NCBI GenBank assembly: GCA_054600435.1
Contig: BAAIJX010000021.1
Location: 186,001 to 250,000 of the forward strand
Source of the DNA: Neophaeotheca triangularis
Lineage: Eukaryota
Direction: 5' to 3'
Length of the DNA: 64,000 nucleotides
In this document: piece by piece, positions 10,901 through 26,543 of the stretch
Layout of the letters: each line of letters opens with the position of its first letter
Position numbering within the stretch: the stretch's first letter is position 1
Made by a program: the position numbers and the translations under genes
Notes under the pieces: model-generated
The model's input: only the letters and a program-made list of their open reading frames with translations
Told to the model about the DNA's origin: nothing
The model's database searches: none

Positions 10901-11376
10901 AGCAGACCAACTATGACCCCAAGAAGGACAAGAAGTTGAGCATCTTTTGCGCGGTCAAGTACCCAGCCTGGCAGGATGGCATCATCGAGATTGTGCGCGA
11001 CTCTTTCTCGAATCTCAAGGTTGATGTTGCAGCCATCAGCAAGAAGATCCCCAAAACAGAGAGCAAACGCGCGATGCCCTTTGTGCAGACCTTGAAGAAG
11101 AGCTTGGAAGGTGGAGTTGATGCTGCGACCGTTTTCGAGAGGCAGCTTGGTTTCAACGAGCTCGAAGTGCTGAAGAGCATGGTGCCGGGCTTGAAGCAGA
11201 CTGTGCAGAAGTGCGCAGTTGTCGAGGTGATTGTGGTCGACGAAGGTGGTAAGACCGGGAAAATCGTTGGTGGAACTGAGGGCGTCGTGGAGGGCGAGCC
11301 GAGAGAGGGCTTGCCTCCTAATGCCGAGTCTGCTGTGCCCGGGCAGCCTACGTTCTTCTTCGAAAACATTGCATAG
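7909..11376 (+). CDS. CDC60: Leucyl-tRNA synthetase, cytosolic (eukaryote/archaeal) type, intronless; possible upstream in-frame start at 7786
   Basis: YPYMNGTLHAGH (HIGH), ATLRPET and GTGVVTSVPSDSPDD (CP1 editing domain), GKDLIQNH, KMSKS. Confidence 0.97.
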   Translation: MAAVQATQKALDPSNTSKGTLKIENTDKRDTLIASEKKYQQQWAESKIFEQDAPSLQEVPYHSVSPADLRKKYPKHMATMAYPYMNGTLHAGHSFTASKLEFAVGWARMQGKRSLYPQGYHCTGMPIKACADKLIREIEMFGQNFENCPVDEVQEESVEAKPAPTQETTKEDVTKFGAKKSKAAAKTNVALKYQFQIMLAIGIPIEEIHKFAEPHHWLEHFPPLCKRDLTNMGARVDWRRSMVTTDANPYYDAFVRWQMNRLKELGKIKFGKRYTVYSPKDGQACMDHDRSKGEGVGVQEYTALKLCVKEWPEAAQSKVEGKIPDGANVYFVPATLRPETMYGQTHCFVGPKITYGIYEKEQGKEYFFVSERAARNMSFQNIFPQWGVYPKIAELQGSDVVGTLVNAPLSVHTNGIRILPMETVKETKGTGVVTSVPSDSPDDYATMLDLAKKAEYYKIKKEWADMELLPIIETPSYGNLTAKFLVEKMKINSPKDATQLAEAKDLAYKEGYYKGKMIYGDFAGKTVEEAKPLVRQQLIDADLAFAYAEPDGFVESRSGDTCIAAHLDQWFLNYGTPEKSGDPSWQPDVLKHVQNENGDGLNTFSTEVKNSFEQTLDWLAQWACARSYGLGSKLPWDKAQLVESLSDSTIYMSYYTIAHMLHADIFGKEKGSANVGAEEMTDEVWDFLFCRTEVIPQTSIKQETLQAMRREFEYWYPLDVRVSGKDLIQNHLTFFLYVHVALFPPEYWPRAVRINGHLMLNGEKMSKSTGNFLTLYDATAKFGADATRIALADAGDGIEDANFEETVANSNILRMFELRQWCESVTFDARILKEGEIYAQIKESERHKNNDSIQRTGSERLLWDDLFENEINGLVKETGEQYDLSNYKAALKSGLYDFISARDFYREVTKAAGVGMHADLVQRYIELQALMLTVVAPHWSEHIWLEVLKKQETVQNALFPEVEPQKGHLTAAREYVRNTSSSITSAEGAQLKRMQKGKQTNYDPKKDKKLSIFCAVKYPAWQDGIIEIVRDSFSNLKVDVAAISKKIPKTESKRAMPFVQTLKKSLEGGVDAATVFERQLGFNELEVLKSMVPGLKQTVQKCAVVEVIVVDEGGKTGKIVGGTEGVVEGEPREGLPPNAESAVPGQPTFFFENIA

Positions 11377-11700
11377 GGTAACGTTAGCATGGCAGATAGA
11401 TGCGCAAACGAACGAAAACTCATTATTTCAAACGCTTCCGTTACTTTTACGCCCTTCGCTGTTGGTTCGGGCAGCCCTCGCTCGTCGTCCCGAATAGGTA
11501 ATGCCGTGTTTGCCTCCACAATCATCTCCCCGCACAAACCCCCAGCTTATTACCCACACTCGTGACCAGATTCGCCCACGACGCCCTTTCGCTGCAACCT
11601 GCCTCTCAAACGCCGACAGGTTGATATGTGCCGCTCGCTCGCTGCTGTCTTCGGGCGTGGTTGCCGCATCGATGGCGGAAAGGGGTGAAAGTGCCTCAAC

Positions 11701-13868
11701 ATGACCTCCTCTACGGTTTCTACCTCCGGAGATGGCATCACTCCCCGCACGAGGACAGGCTGGTAGGCTCAACATTGTGTGTCTCTCTCTCACACAGACC
11801 AGCACTGACCTGAAGACTTTGTATAGCCAGAACTGTAGAACAAGACATCTCAAGTGTGGGTCTTTCTTTCCAGCACGCTTCCAAAGCTGGTGCTGACCAG
11901 ATCGTCTGGCAGGCGACGAGCAACGTCCTTCTTGCACGCGGTGCGAGAGGGCAGGTATTGAATGCATCAGAGGGTACAACATTCGCTTTCGACACGGCGC
12001 GAACCCTAGGTAGGTATCATGCCCGTTCTGTCATCTTGGCCACGGCTGATGTTCGCAGCGTTGCCAACACCAAAGGCTCGGGGCTGGCGAAGACCGAATA
12101 CGACTTCAGCAAGACCCAGCCTTGGGTCAACACAGCACTGTCCTTGACCTTTCTCGATGAAACTCCAGAGCTTACAAGCATCTACCAGCCGGACGCAGAT
12201 GCTTTACCCATCCGGTCTTCGAGGCTAACGGGCGAGGATGAACAGCTGGAGGAAAATCGTGACACCGTAGCCCAAGAAGGCAGTGTACACACTGACCGGT
12301 CGGTACCGACAACATCCTACGGGGTAGACTACACGGCATTTTCAGATGATCCCAGTGGCAGCACTTCCAATGTTGCTCCGCCGTCGAAGCGAAGGCGGCT
12401 GACCTTCTCGAGCTCGTACCAATCGCCGCCTGATTTTAGCCCAGGAACCTTCAGTCAACCATCGAGGAACTTCACCCACCCATCACCCGCTCACTCATGG
12501 CACAATCTTCTACCATCAGGCTGGACGCCCTCTTCGTTTGACAATGGTTCCCGCAACAGTGGGACAGGGGTAGAAGCGACTTTTGCTGCTTCGGCTTCCA
12601 CACAAGCACACCACACGCAATCTCCGGCATACAATGCATCATCGGAATCTCTATCAAGGATTTACCTCGATAAGCCCGTCTTCCCCTTGGAAGATAAAGA
12701 GCAGGCCAAGCTGCTTCGATACTTTGTGGATGTTTTAGCCCGGAACTTCGACATGATGGATCCACTACGACACTTCACAACAGTAGTTCCGCAGAGAGCA
12801 GCAACCTGCCCGACACTGCTCAATGCCATATTCGCGCTTTCGGCAAAGCACTTGAGTCGTATTGGTCAGTGCGATTCCTATATATCAGACGTGTACCATC
12901 AGGAATGCTTGAAACATCTCATACCCATGCTTGACGATACTTCGGCGATTCTTGACGACAACCTGTTGACTTCGACCATCATACTGCGGCACTTGGAGGA
13001 GTTTGAAGTGCCGTTGTCTGGTCAATTACACCCGGACTCTTCGAGCCACCTTCTCGGTGCGCACGCTTTCATTGCGGCGCAGGAAAGAGCGACGCTTTCG
13101 GGTGGCTTACGACATTCAGCATTCTGGGTCGGCCTCAGACAGGAAATATACGTCGCATTCGTCAATCAGCGATCTATAATGCCGGCGTTAGAACACTGCA
13201 ACATCGATAGATCGTGCGAACCCGCAGACGATTACACGTGGGCTTGTCGGATAGTGGTTTGTTGCGCCGACGTCATTCGATTCTGCTTTGGCGATGGCGA
13301 TAGGTCAAACGCCACCTACGATCACTTGGCCGACTCTTGTGCGCAGTGGTATGCATGCAAGCCTGCATCTTTCACACCGGTGTATTGGAAAGAGGCGAAT
13401 CCTGAGACGATCTTCCCGGAATCCATATTCATTGCAGATCACTTGTCCGTGGGAGTGCAGCACTGGCACATCGCCAAGATCCTACTGTGTGCACACAACC
13501 CTCGCGTACCACGATTAGGCCTGGGTAGAGCGACGGCGCTGAAAGCTGTAGATGTGAGTGATGATGTGATGGCGGCGGATTCAACGATCCACCGAAGAAT
13601 GCTGACTTGGAGACAGGACGAAATCAAAGAGCACGTCCGTGTGCTTTGTGGAATAGCCTTGAGCAACCCAAAAACAGCGCCAAACTTTGTTTGTGCTTCC
13701 ATGGCCGTGACGATGGCGGGAGACAAGTTCCACGAAAGGCACGAACAGGAAGCTCTTGTCGATGTACTGTTGAAGACGGAAGAGCGCGCTTGGCCCACTA
13801 AGGGGGCGATATATAATTTGAGGGATGCTTGGGGTTGGACGTTGAGTCCCGAGAGCCCGCAGACTTGA
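11701..13868 (+). CDS. Zn(II)2Cys6 transcription factor with fungal-specific TF domain; introns 11763-11826, 11856-11912, 12010-12058, about 13554-13616
   Basis: Splicing reconstructs RTRTGCQNCRTRHLKCDEQRPSCTRCERAGIEC (missed by the ORF track); C-terminal LLNAIFALSAKHL, AFWVGLRQEIY. Confidence 0.88.
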
Positions 13869-14688
13869 CGGGCGCAAGGTGTGGCGTGAAGGTGGCCTAG
13901 TGGGGTCCCCTACACTGACAGCGGTTGAGCCAGGCGCCAACCATCAGTAGAGGCGTACACAGCAGCCGGTCAGAAGAGAGTGAGCCACGCGCATAGTGAC
14001 ACCTGGCCGCGCGCAGATTGAGAGTCTTGAGAAACATGAAGATACCGCTGGCATCAAGGTCGTCTGTGCACTTGGTTGGTAGCCGGACACATGTATAGTG
14101 CCAGCGCAGCATTTAACACCGAAACAAAGAGCTGCAATGGCTCGTGAGAGTAGCCCAGAGCCTAGAATACGCATGTATCGAGATATGCCAGTTACGGCGG
14201 TAATACGATGTCTTTCTTGTACAACGAACCCTTGCACTTCCTGCTCGAACCTTGGCCATTCTTCCCATGCAGCGCGGTGAAAGTCTTTCCGATTCTACTG
14301 TTGAATCGTTGAACGAATTGTTAGACTTCCATATCTTCCAGCGACGGTGGAAAGAAAGAAACCAACCTTGTTGTGTCCTTCTTGGTTTCTAGACATCCAG
14401 CTAGCCTTTTTCCTGTCGTCCTGCCATCCTTCTCCCCAAAGCCAGGTGCTGGCAAGTCGGGACCGACCAACAACAATTCAAAGCGCTTTCCCCCATGCCC
14501 GTGCAGCTAATTCTGCGCATATCGGCCCCCTGTTTCATGTTTGTTCGCGGCTGGCTGGTCCTTTTGAGTGTCACCAGTTCGACCGTGGGAAAGACAACAA
14601 CGGCCTTACAGACTCCCACCCACACCACGTATCAGACGCACGCCAACACACCGCAAGCTAGATCCAACTCCACTCGAGCCATCAGCCC

Positions 14689-15323
14689 TCACCGACCGAC
14701 CCAAATGCCCTGCCCAATCCCCAGCCCCCCACCCCCTCGACCCTCATTAACCGGCCTCTTGGCAACCCTCCCCTGACCCCTAACCCCCTCCACCACCCTC
14801 TCCAACCCCGTCTCCACCACAACCCCACCCACAATCATCTCCCCAAGAACCGCGTGCAACGTCTCAAAATTAAAAATCAAGTCCAGCTCGCAGACATTCT
14901 CGAACAGCCGATCCAGCGCTTCGACGAAGACTTGGATCAGGTCTAGCAGGGCCAGGGGCGACTCGGTGGAAGTCGAGATGACGATGAAGTACAGGGTCGC
15001 GTAGTGCCGGTAGGTTACCAGCGAGGGCGCGTCGTTGTGGGTTTGCGACGTTTGGCTCGACGAGGTGGAGGGCGCGAGGAGTGGGGGCAGCGGGAGGAAG
15101 TTGCAGCTGCTGGCTGGGCGGGCGGAGACGAGGGTGAAAATTTCGGATATCAGGCGCTGTTGTACGGAAGTGTCCTGGGGAGTTTGGTTAGCTTTGAAGG
15201 TGGTGGTAATGGAGGGGAGGGAGGGTTGGTGGTTTGAGAGTTTGGGGTTCGTACAAGTTGGGTGTAGAATTTAGTCATGCGTGGTTGCCCATTGTTGTTA
15301 AAGACCAGCACGGCGTTGATCAT
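14689..15323 (-). CDS. APS3: AP-3 adaptor complex sigma subunit; intron 15175-15254
   Basis: MINAVLVFNNNGQPRMTKFYTQL|DT...YRHYATLYF...ESPLALLDLIQVFVEALDRLFENVCELDLIFNF. Confidence 0.93.
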
Positions 15324-15665
15324 TCCTGCGAGTGCCTTGGGCAGTGGCTCTGTGTATTTTTGTATACCTACTATGTATGTAGTCTTTAACAATAGTGGAA
15401 GAAGACGCAACCAACGACCTGGAGTCGGCGTTGCTGAAGCCAAACGCCGATGTCGCTTCGAGACATCACTCACTCCCTCAGAGGAGGAACACGACAAGAC
15501 CGTTCCAATGATGGCTACCTAGGTAGGAAGTAAAATCTTTTTATGCATTTGAAATAGCTACCATTCCGTATGACATTTATCCAAGTAGCAAGAGCTTGCG
15601 CCTCCAGACTCCTGGCAACAACGCCGGCGCCATGAAACGCATGCGAAAGAACATCTACCCCAGTC

Positions 15666-17516
15666 TCAGATACCCTCGATCCCACCATTCCTACAAATAG
15701 TCCCGCTAGCAACAGAACCCATCCTCACCCACCCACCATGATCACAAACATTAAACTGCGTTCCTTCGTTTGTACACTGCAAGCTGCCGTCAACATCGCA
15801 GTCACCGTCCGGTCTGGCCCTCACGTATCGATCGTCTCTGTAATATCCCGGAATTGTCTGCAATTGTTGCACGGAGAATCCACTCTGCACGGTATTACTG
15901 GGGTAAGGGGTGAGGTTCGGCAGGCAGAGCATACCGTCCGCAACCTGGCGCGGGGATGTGTAGATCCAGTCTCCGTCGGAAGAAACGTCGCAAGTGTAGA
16001 AGGTTGCTTCGCTGGTGCATATGAACGTTCCGGGCTCGCAAAGGCGACGATTAGGTAGGTCCTCAACGCTGACGTAGGGTGGACGGTTGCTATTTGTTGG
16101 TGGAGGTAGGGGGTTATTGTCTGTAGGAGGCGGCGGTTGGCTTGGTTGAGGCGAGCCACCTGGCGGTGCCGAGACAGTAAGTGTCGGGCTTGCCGTGGCA
16201 GTTGCTGAAACGGTTGTTGGAGCCGTGCGCGAAGTGACGAACGCTGTAGGTGTTGAGGCGATAGAGTCAGCAATGCAAGCCCACGTGCAAATGCCAATGA
16301 GCCTACATTGGTATCCGGGATTGCACGGGCAATTCGCCGAGTTACCAAAGCAGGCTTCAGGTGGCGCCGAGGTCGTGTACATTGGTGGTGCACTGGTAAC
16401 CATCGACGAGTCTTGATCGGGTAATATTGTGACCGTGACGACGTCTTCACAGTCTACCGTTACGGTAGTAGTAGAGTGCCATGAGGAGTAATCTGAAACT
16501 TCGAGTCTCTGAGCTCCGAGATCAGGCGCTGGTGTTTCGTGAGCAGAGTACAGTAATGGGTCTTCCAGTGCTTGAGGTTCTGGAACTTCTTCAAGCACCG
16601 GTTCTGGCAGGGAAATTTCCGTGATCGTTGGCAGAGCAGACGCAGTTGCGTGGGAGACGCCTTTCTCCACCACGGAAATAGAAAGAGACGGCGAAGGACT
16701 CTCCCCATCAACCTGCTGTGCGTCAAGTTCAGGGGATGCCTCGTTGTAGCTCAGATCGGGTGTTGCAGCTCTATCTGAAGGACTGTAAGCTGGACCAAAG
16801 GGCGTCGGCGAGTCGCAATTTCCTATGGTTGGTGGGCTCGAGCTGTCCATTCCAGCACCGTACTCGACGTCTGGTCCGGGGTGCGGGTAGACAGTATTGG
16901 TACCCTCTACAGTGGAGCAATCATTGACTTGGGTAAGGTCTGCTTTCCAGATAAAGGGCAGGTCATCAATGCTTTGTGCGTCCCGTCTTCGCCGCCGAGA
17001 CTTTGTCCCTGCTTGTATCTCAACGGCAGCACAGTTCATGTAGAACTCTCGGTTGCCAACCAGATTGGACCAACTCCATGCTAGCAGCGCAGGCCCGGTC
17101 TGGGCGTAGGACGGTATCGTGAAGTCATAGGTGGACTTCAGGGGGCAATCCCCTATCATACTTTTGATCACTCTGAACGTCGCGCCGTTGTCGTAGGACA
17201 ATGATATCTGACACGAGCCGCCTTGGTGAGTTGCGGAGCCTTCAAGGCTCATGTTGTATGTCGAACCGGCTTCGTAGGTGACGACAGGGTGTATAGATTG
17301 ATCGTTCTGGTATCCTCTGCAAGGGAACTCGGAGCCTGATGGGTGCAGTGGTGCCAGCATGTCGTAGTTGATCAGTGACTGTGGAGTATCTGGATTGAAT
17401 TTGCTCCGTAACGGGTACGGCCAGCTCATCTCGATGTGACATATTGCTGGTTGTAGTAGCGAAGCGACGGCAAACGGGACCAAGGCGCGAGGGATATCCC
17501 TTCTTCTGGTAATCAT
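15666..17516 (-). CDS. Secreted AA11-type lytic polysaccharide monooxygenase with long linker and C-terminal Cys-rich CBM19-like modules (616 aa)
   Basis: Signal peptide ending AIC|H (His1), FPCRG, ATHQGGSCQISLSYD, LAWSW, GNREFYMNCA; Ser/Thr/Pro linker; two C-terminal Cys/Trp modules. Confidence 0.85.
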   Translation of the reverse strand: MITRRRDIPRALVPFAVASLLQPAICHIEMSWPYPLRSKFNPDTPQSLINYDMLAPLHPSGSEFPCRGYQNDQSIHPVVTYEAGSTYNMSLEGSATHQGGSCQISLSYDNGATFRVIKSMIGDCPLKSTYDFTIPSYAQTGPALLAWSWSNLVGNREFYMNCAAVEIQAGTKSRRRRRDAQSIDDLPFIWKADLTQVNDCSTVEGTNTVYPHPGPDVEYGAGMDSSSPPTIGNCDSPTPFGPAYSPSDRAATPDLSYNEASPELDAQQVDGESPSPSLSISVVEKGVSHATASALPTITEISLPEPVLEEVPEPQALEDPLLYSAHETPAPDLGAQRLEVSDYSSWHSTTTVTVDCEDVVTVTILPDQDSSMVTSAPPMYTTSAPPEACFGNSANCPCNPGYQCRLIGICTWACIADSIASTPTAFVTSRTAPTTVSATATASPTLTVSAPPGGSPQPSQPPPPTDNNPLPPPTNSNRPPYVSVEDLPNRRLCEPGTFICTSEATFYTCDVSSDGDWIYTSPRQVADGMLCLPNLTPYPSNTVQSGFSVQQLQTIPGYYRDDRYVRARPDGDCDVDGSLQCTNEGTQFNVCDHGGWVRMGSVASGTICRNGGIEGI

Positions 17517-17922
17517 GGTGGAGGATATGGGCCAGGATGCACAGGTTGGAGCAGGAGAGCAAGGGGAAGAAGAAAAACGACCGGGCAAAGCGAAGATATA
17601 GAGGGCAAAGAAAGAGACGGACAGCCACCACCTACCACATCTACATGGCGTGAAGGTCCAGGCATGGAGGCGGCCTTAGCACGAGGCAGTACACGCGCTG
17701 GTCTGGCGTCTGAAAGAGCGGCGAGGTTCCTAAGTGAAGCTGAGCAACATTCTTGAAATCTTGGTGGAGGGAGGGGAGCGCGTATGGCTACTAGTAACAT
17801 TCCTCGCGCCGCGACACAGAGGATCACTACACCCATATTGTCTTGGCTGTGCTTTCGGTTTCGTTTTCGAGAATGGGCTTGACTACTCGCAATTCATAAG
17901 GTAAGGTCGGGTACTGGCTTCA

Positions 17923-17950
17923 GATGATGATGATGATGATGATGATGATG
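17923..17950 (+). repeat. (GAT)n microsatellite
   Basis: About 9 tandem GAT units. Confidence 0.9.
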
Positions 17951-18338
17951 AAGGGTAGCTGCTTGCTTTCGAGCATGAAGTGTTGTGTAATGGAGATGGC
18001 AGATATCAGATATCAGACATGGTGCTACCGAGACTGTCATGTCAGCAAACAATAATACCCAAGGTAAGGTACCTACCTACACAAAGCAGAGGAGCACGGC
18101 GGGTGAAGATTCCAGGGGCAAAGTGATGAATGAGGAAGGCTGGACCTCCTGTCTCAGTGGGAAGTGATGGCTAGCAGTACGACAGCCTCAGGATTGCGAG
18201 TCTAGTCTGTACTTTACATACCTACATAGTAAGTTAACGAAGAGAGTCGGCGTAGCGGTGATGGTGATTGTGATGGTGATGGCCATGGTGACCTCGGCAC
18301 TGCATGGTTTGGGAGCAATACCGTAATTAATCTAATCT

Positions 18339-18359
18339 CGCGTCGCGTCACCCGCGCGT
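18339..18359. promoter_or_regulatory. Cluster of three CGCGT (MCB-like) motifs
   Basis: CGCGT at 18339, 18344 and 18355, immediately left of the transposon end; function inferred. Confidence 0.4.
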
Positions 18360-19892
18360 TCCCGCATTATAACTCTCTCCAAAAGTCCTGTCGCACGCCA
18401 AGGCTCGTGCAGAGAAACCTAGCTTCACCGAATTTTGGTGAGAGCTAGCTCTATAGCTTGATTGTCGGTATATAGCTCTACTTTGAAGCTATAATATTAT
18501 ATGCAAATCATTAGTATAGCCTTTTAGAGGGTGTTGCTCCGGTATAGCCCCTAAATCATTTAAACTGCATAGCCCTAGAGTGCCTAAGGCATCTTCTTAG
18601 GCTCCTAATAGCTCCTAACGGACCCGTATACCTAGCAAACGTGCTTTTAAGGCTAGTCAAACTCTTATAAGCCCTCCTACTACTACAAAACATAGTAGAA
18701 AGGCTAGGAAAGGTAGAGGAGGTGTAGCTTTATAGGGTCGCCAGATAGGTAGGGGAGGTGTTAGAGGTATTAGAGGTAGTAGAGGTAGTAGAGGTACCAC
18801 TAATCTAGTCGTGATTTCATCGCAACTAGGGTCGTCTTAGGAGGAGTAGGACGAGGAAGAGAAGGACAAGGCTCTAAGGTCGTCACTACTACCTAGTAAT
18901 CAGCAAAATTAGTAGAGTTAGTAATAGAGCATAGCCACTATGCCGTTATCACCTATTAGTCGCTCTAAACGAGGCCTTCCTCTAGTCGATAAATCTAGTA
19001 CTAAGTCTAGTAGTACTAAGTCTAATAGGCCCCCCCCTAAGAGACTAGCTAATATACGACTAAGTGGTGACCTTAGACTACCGCTCTTAAAGTACCTAGA
19101 GGAGGCCTTCTTTAGTACTAAAGAGAGGTATAGAAACGGTATAATAACTACTAGCGAAGAGCGTAAGAACAACGAGGGTATTAAGGTAGAGAGGAAGAAG
19201 GACGAGGCGAGACTAGTATGTCTTATAGAGAAAGACTATATCTAGCGTAAAGAATAGGCTAAGAAGGAGGCTTATAAGGCCACTAGTACGGATGTGTCTA
19301 GGAAGGATATTATACCGCCGCGTAAGAAGGGGAAGGTTACTTAGGAGTATACGGAGCAAGTAGCTCGTAAATAGTCCTTAAGGAATAATGATCTATTAGA
19401 GGCAGTTGCCTTTACTACGACCTTCTCCTTATAGTACGGCAATAAGACAGTAGCTAACTATACTAAAGATTACGAAGGTCTAGTTACTCTTAGGGCCGTA
19501 GGTGTTACTACCGAGTAGGCAAAAAACCGTGCGAAAGAGCGAGGTCTATCGCTAATTAACTAGTCAAGTCTAGTTATACAAGGTTACCTTAGGGGTAAGA
19601 AGTTCAACCGGCTATATAAGCTTAATAAAGAGGGTGATTTTAGAGGCATATTGGACAGTCTAGTAACGAAATGTCTTAAGGGAGCTTAGCACTATACTAT
19701 AGTGTTTACCTTCGAGAGCGATAGGATCGAATCTTCGTAGGTACTACTAAAAGGCACTATAACGGAGGCCGCAACTACTCGTCTTAGTAAATACCTTGTT
19801 AACGAGCATGTCCGAGGTGATTATAGTAACTAGATCTAACTACAATAGCTATATACCCTACCAAATTGCCGTAATACTAGACGGTACTACTA

Positions 19893-20335
19893 TGTTACGG
19901 GATTTCCCGAACACAGGATTTCATTGGTTAGTATGGAAGGATCAAGAGCTAAGGAACGCAGCGTCTCGACGAAACGCGGTCGAGCTGCATCCTGACCACA
20001 CTTCGGCCGAAGACTCATGCCATGTCTCGCTTAGCTCGCGTCGAGACAGTCGACCTCGCTCGACTACTCGACGGGCGAGATGGCGAGCAGAAATCGACTA
20101 TCTCGAGAACGAGACAGTCGAGACACACGAATCTCCTTTGTATTTAGGTAGCGACATTTCCTAGATAGAGATGTGTGTTCAACTCATGTTACAATCTTAC
20201 TGAAAGGTCTATAGCGACACTTCACGTATCTTTGAAATCCTTACAACAAAGGAAACACCCTTACTAGCCTTCTTCGATATCTCTCCTCTTCCGCTACGAG
20301 CTCTACCCGTGAGACTACCTTGTAGGATCGCAACA
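19893..20335 (+). repeat. 5' LTR (443 bp)
   Basis: TGTTACGGG...GATCGCAACA; direct repeat of 26544-26986. Confidence 0.97.
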
Positions 20336-20375
20336 CTTTGAACACCCTCTAGGAAAGAGAGATCAATAGGCAAGT

Positions 20376-22582
20376 ATGTCCCTATCCGATAACCGAGACG
20401 CAAGCGTCGCCAGCACCTAACGAGGAGTATCGACTATGACAACTAACAAGGTTGCCAAACCGGACTACTTCTACGGCGAACGCAACAAGCTAGACGACTA
20501 GGTCAACCAGATAATGATGTTCTTTCTCATGGAAAGCGTTAGTGAGCAGAAGCAACCTCTCACTACTACTTCTTTCCTTCGAGGAGAAGCTTAACACTAG
20601 ATCCGCCCTAAGCTTACGGATTTCCTTATAGAACGAATCGACCCTGAAGGACTGTTCTCGAACTGGAAGTCTTTTGTCAAGGTCATCCGCAACGTCTATG
20701 GATTGAGCAACGATCGACAGGTTACTATCCGGATAATTCAGCACCTTACGCAGAAAACGTCTGCCTCTTAGTACACCTCTAAGTTTCAGGAGTACTCAGC
20801 TAAGACTAGCTGGGACGACAATGCTCTCATGACTATGTACTACCGAGGACTCAAGGACAACGTGAAGGACGAACTCATGCGCCACGGAGGCGATTAGTTA
20901 ACTCTCCCCGGAATGATCAAATCGGCGATCGAAGTTGACGACGCGCTCTACGAACGGTTTATGGAAAAACGCCACACTAGACAATTTCGCGGACGAACTA
21001 GCTATGCTACCGGCAGCCGGCCTGTCGGTCAGCAACGTCGCGATCCTAATGCGATGGAACTCGACTCTACGCAACAGCGTCCTAGGAAGGGCAAGGATGG
21101 AGGACGGGGCAAACAGAACGCCCTAGGCAAGAAACGGAACGGACCGGAATGCTACAACTGCCACAAGATAGGGCACTATGCACGAGACTGCCGTAGGAAA
21201 CAGATGCGCCCACGACAGGAGGTTAATGCGATTTTGACCCGAAAGGATAACGACTCTCCTACCGATAAGAGCCACGGAGCTTACGACATCACCGGAACCT
21301 ACGAAGAACCGGACCACAACGAACTTCACTAGAGGTTTTGCAAGAGGGATTACTATTTAGTACACAAAAGTTAGGGACTAGTGACTAACGGAATACCTAT
21401 TAGACCTCGGAAGGAAGTGAACGTCATCGAACGAGTTACCCTAAAGTCCGGAACGGACGCGCTGATCGAGCAATACTAGAAACTTAGGGAGTTTCACGAT
21501 GACTTGGTTAATCATGAGGAGTGGACTAAAGAACACTTCAACCTCATAATCCAAGTAGCCGATCAGATGGCAGATCTTAACGACAGGATCAAGGCCACAG
21601 CAGACGAAGAATCTGAGTAACTACGTAAGCCTTAGAAGGAACTCAACATAATGTCAAGACGCTAACCACTATAGCAGTCAAGGGGCGACGGCAACGTAGC
21701 CCGAGGAAGGTCCCTACCTCCATTTGCATAGGAGGACGACAAACTGTAAGAAAACTAAGCACCATCACCGATGATAGCACCACTAACACCCGGCTCAGAC
21801 AACGAAGAAATATCTCAGACACCGGAACTCACTGCAATCGTACTAACACCGGAGATTAGCCCCTTAAGACTATCGATGCCTCTAGAAATTCCAGAATCTC
21901 GAGAAGACACGACAGTGATGGATTCCGAAGACGACTCCGAATACGAATATACCGACGACGAAGAACCCGACGACAACGATACCTTAGAGTTCATTGTGGA
22001 AGGACCCGCACTAATCAAGAAGATGGTCACCTACATCGCACGATCGTACGAAGAAGTGTTCCTAAGGATCTAAGGCAAACGACGCTTGGAACCCAACCAG
22101 TTTGAAGCCATGCTCACGTAACTACGAGCAATGTTCTAGGACTACCGAAAGGTCGCCGTCGAGTATAACGCCGCCACCTTTGTCTAGGATAGGCTACTAA
22201 TGGGAAGCACTTTCTATAGAGAAAACGGCTACATTACGCCAGATAGGATACGGATCCTATACACGATGAGACAACGAGTCAAGACAGTCAAGAATCGTTA
22301 TAGAGAATTCTAGCTCATCTAGGAGCAGTAGAGAGAAGAAGAAATCACGCTACAAGAAATGAAGAAACAAGTACAGGATTCCTTAGACCAATAGACGATA
22401 GTACCATGTGAAAAATTTCTACTACTAGTCGACCGCAAGATGATCCTCGGACACGTTAAAGTAACCACACGAGGACCTATCACCACACACGCAATCCAAG
22501 GAAAAGTCACGATCAAACCTCGGGACGGACCCCTTTACTGGGAAGTCTCTCTCGAGACAGCGGATTCATCCACCTACTTCTC

Positions 22583-22595
<13 letters not shown>
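20376..22595 (+). pseudogene. gag (about 740 codons) with RIP stops
   Basis: KPDYFYGER capsid start, YYRGLKDNVKDEL, DPNAMELD, zinc knuckle CYNCHKIGHYARDC; ATG 20376, ORF pieces 20913 and 21771 and TAG 22593 share one frame. Confidence 0.9.
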
Positions 22596-26453
<3,858 letters not shown>

Positions 26454-26543
26454 CGTAAGATGACGAGAGAAGAGAGAAGTGGGGAAAGGAGCTATTTACT
26501 AAGTTACGGACCGCTTAGGACAAGCGCCCTAGGAGAGGGATAG

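Noticed and set aside
19796..20164. 122-aa ORF and its 90-aa twin at 26543-26815
   Set aside because: Both are translations of the LTR with non-ATG starts crossing the LTR boundary; their identity simply reflects the repeat
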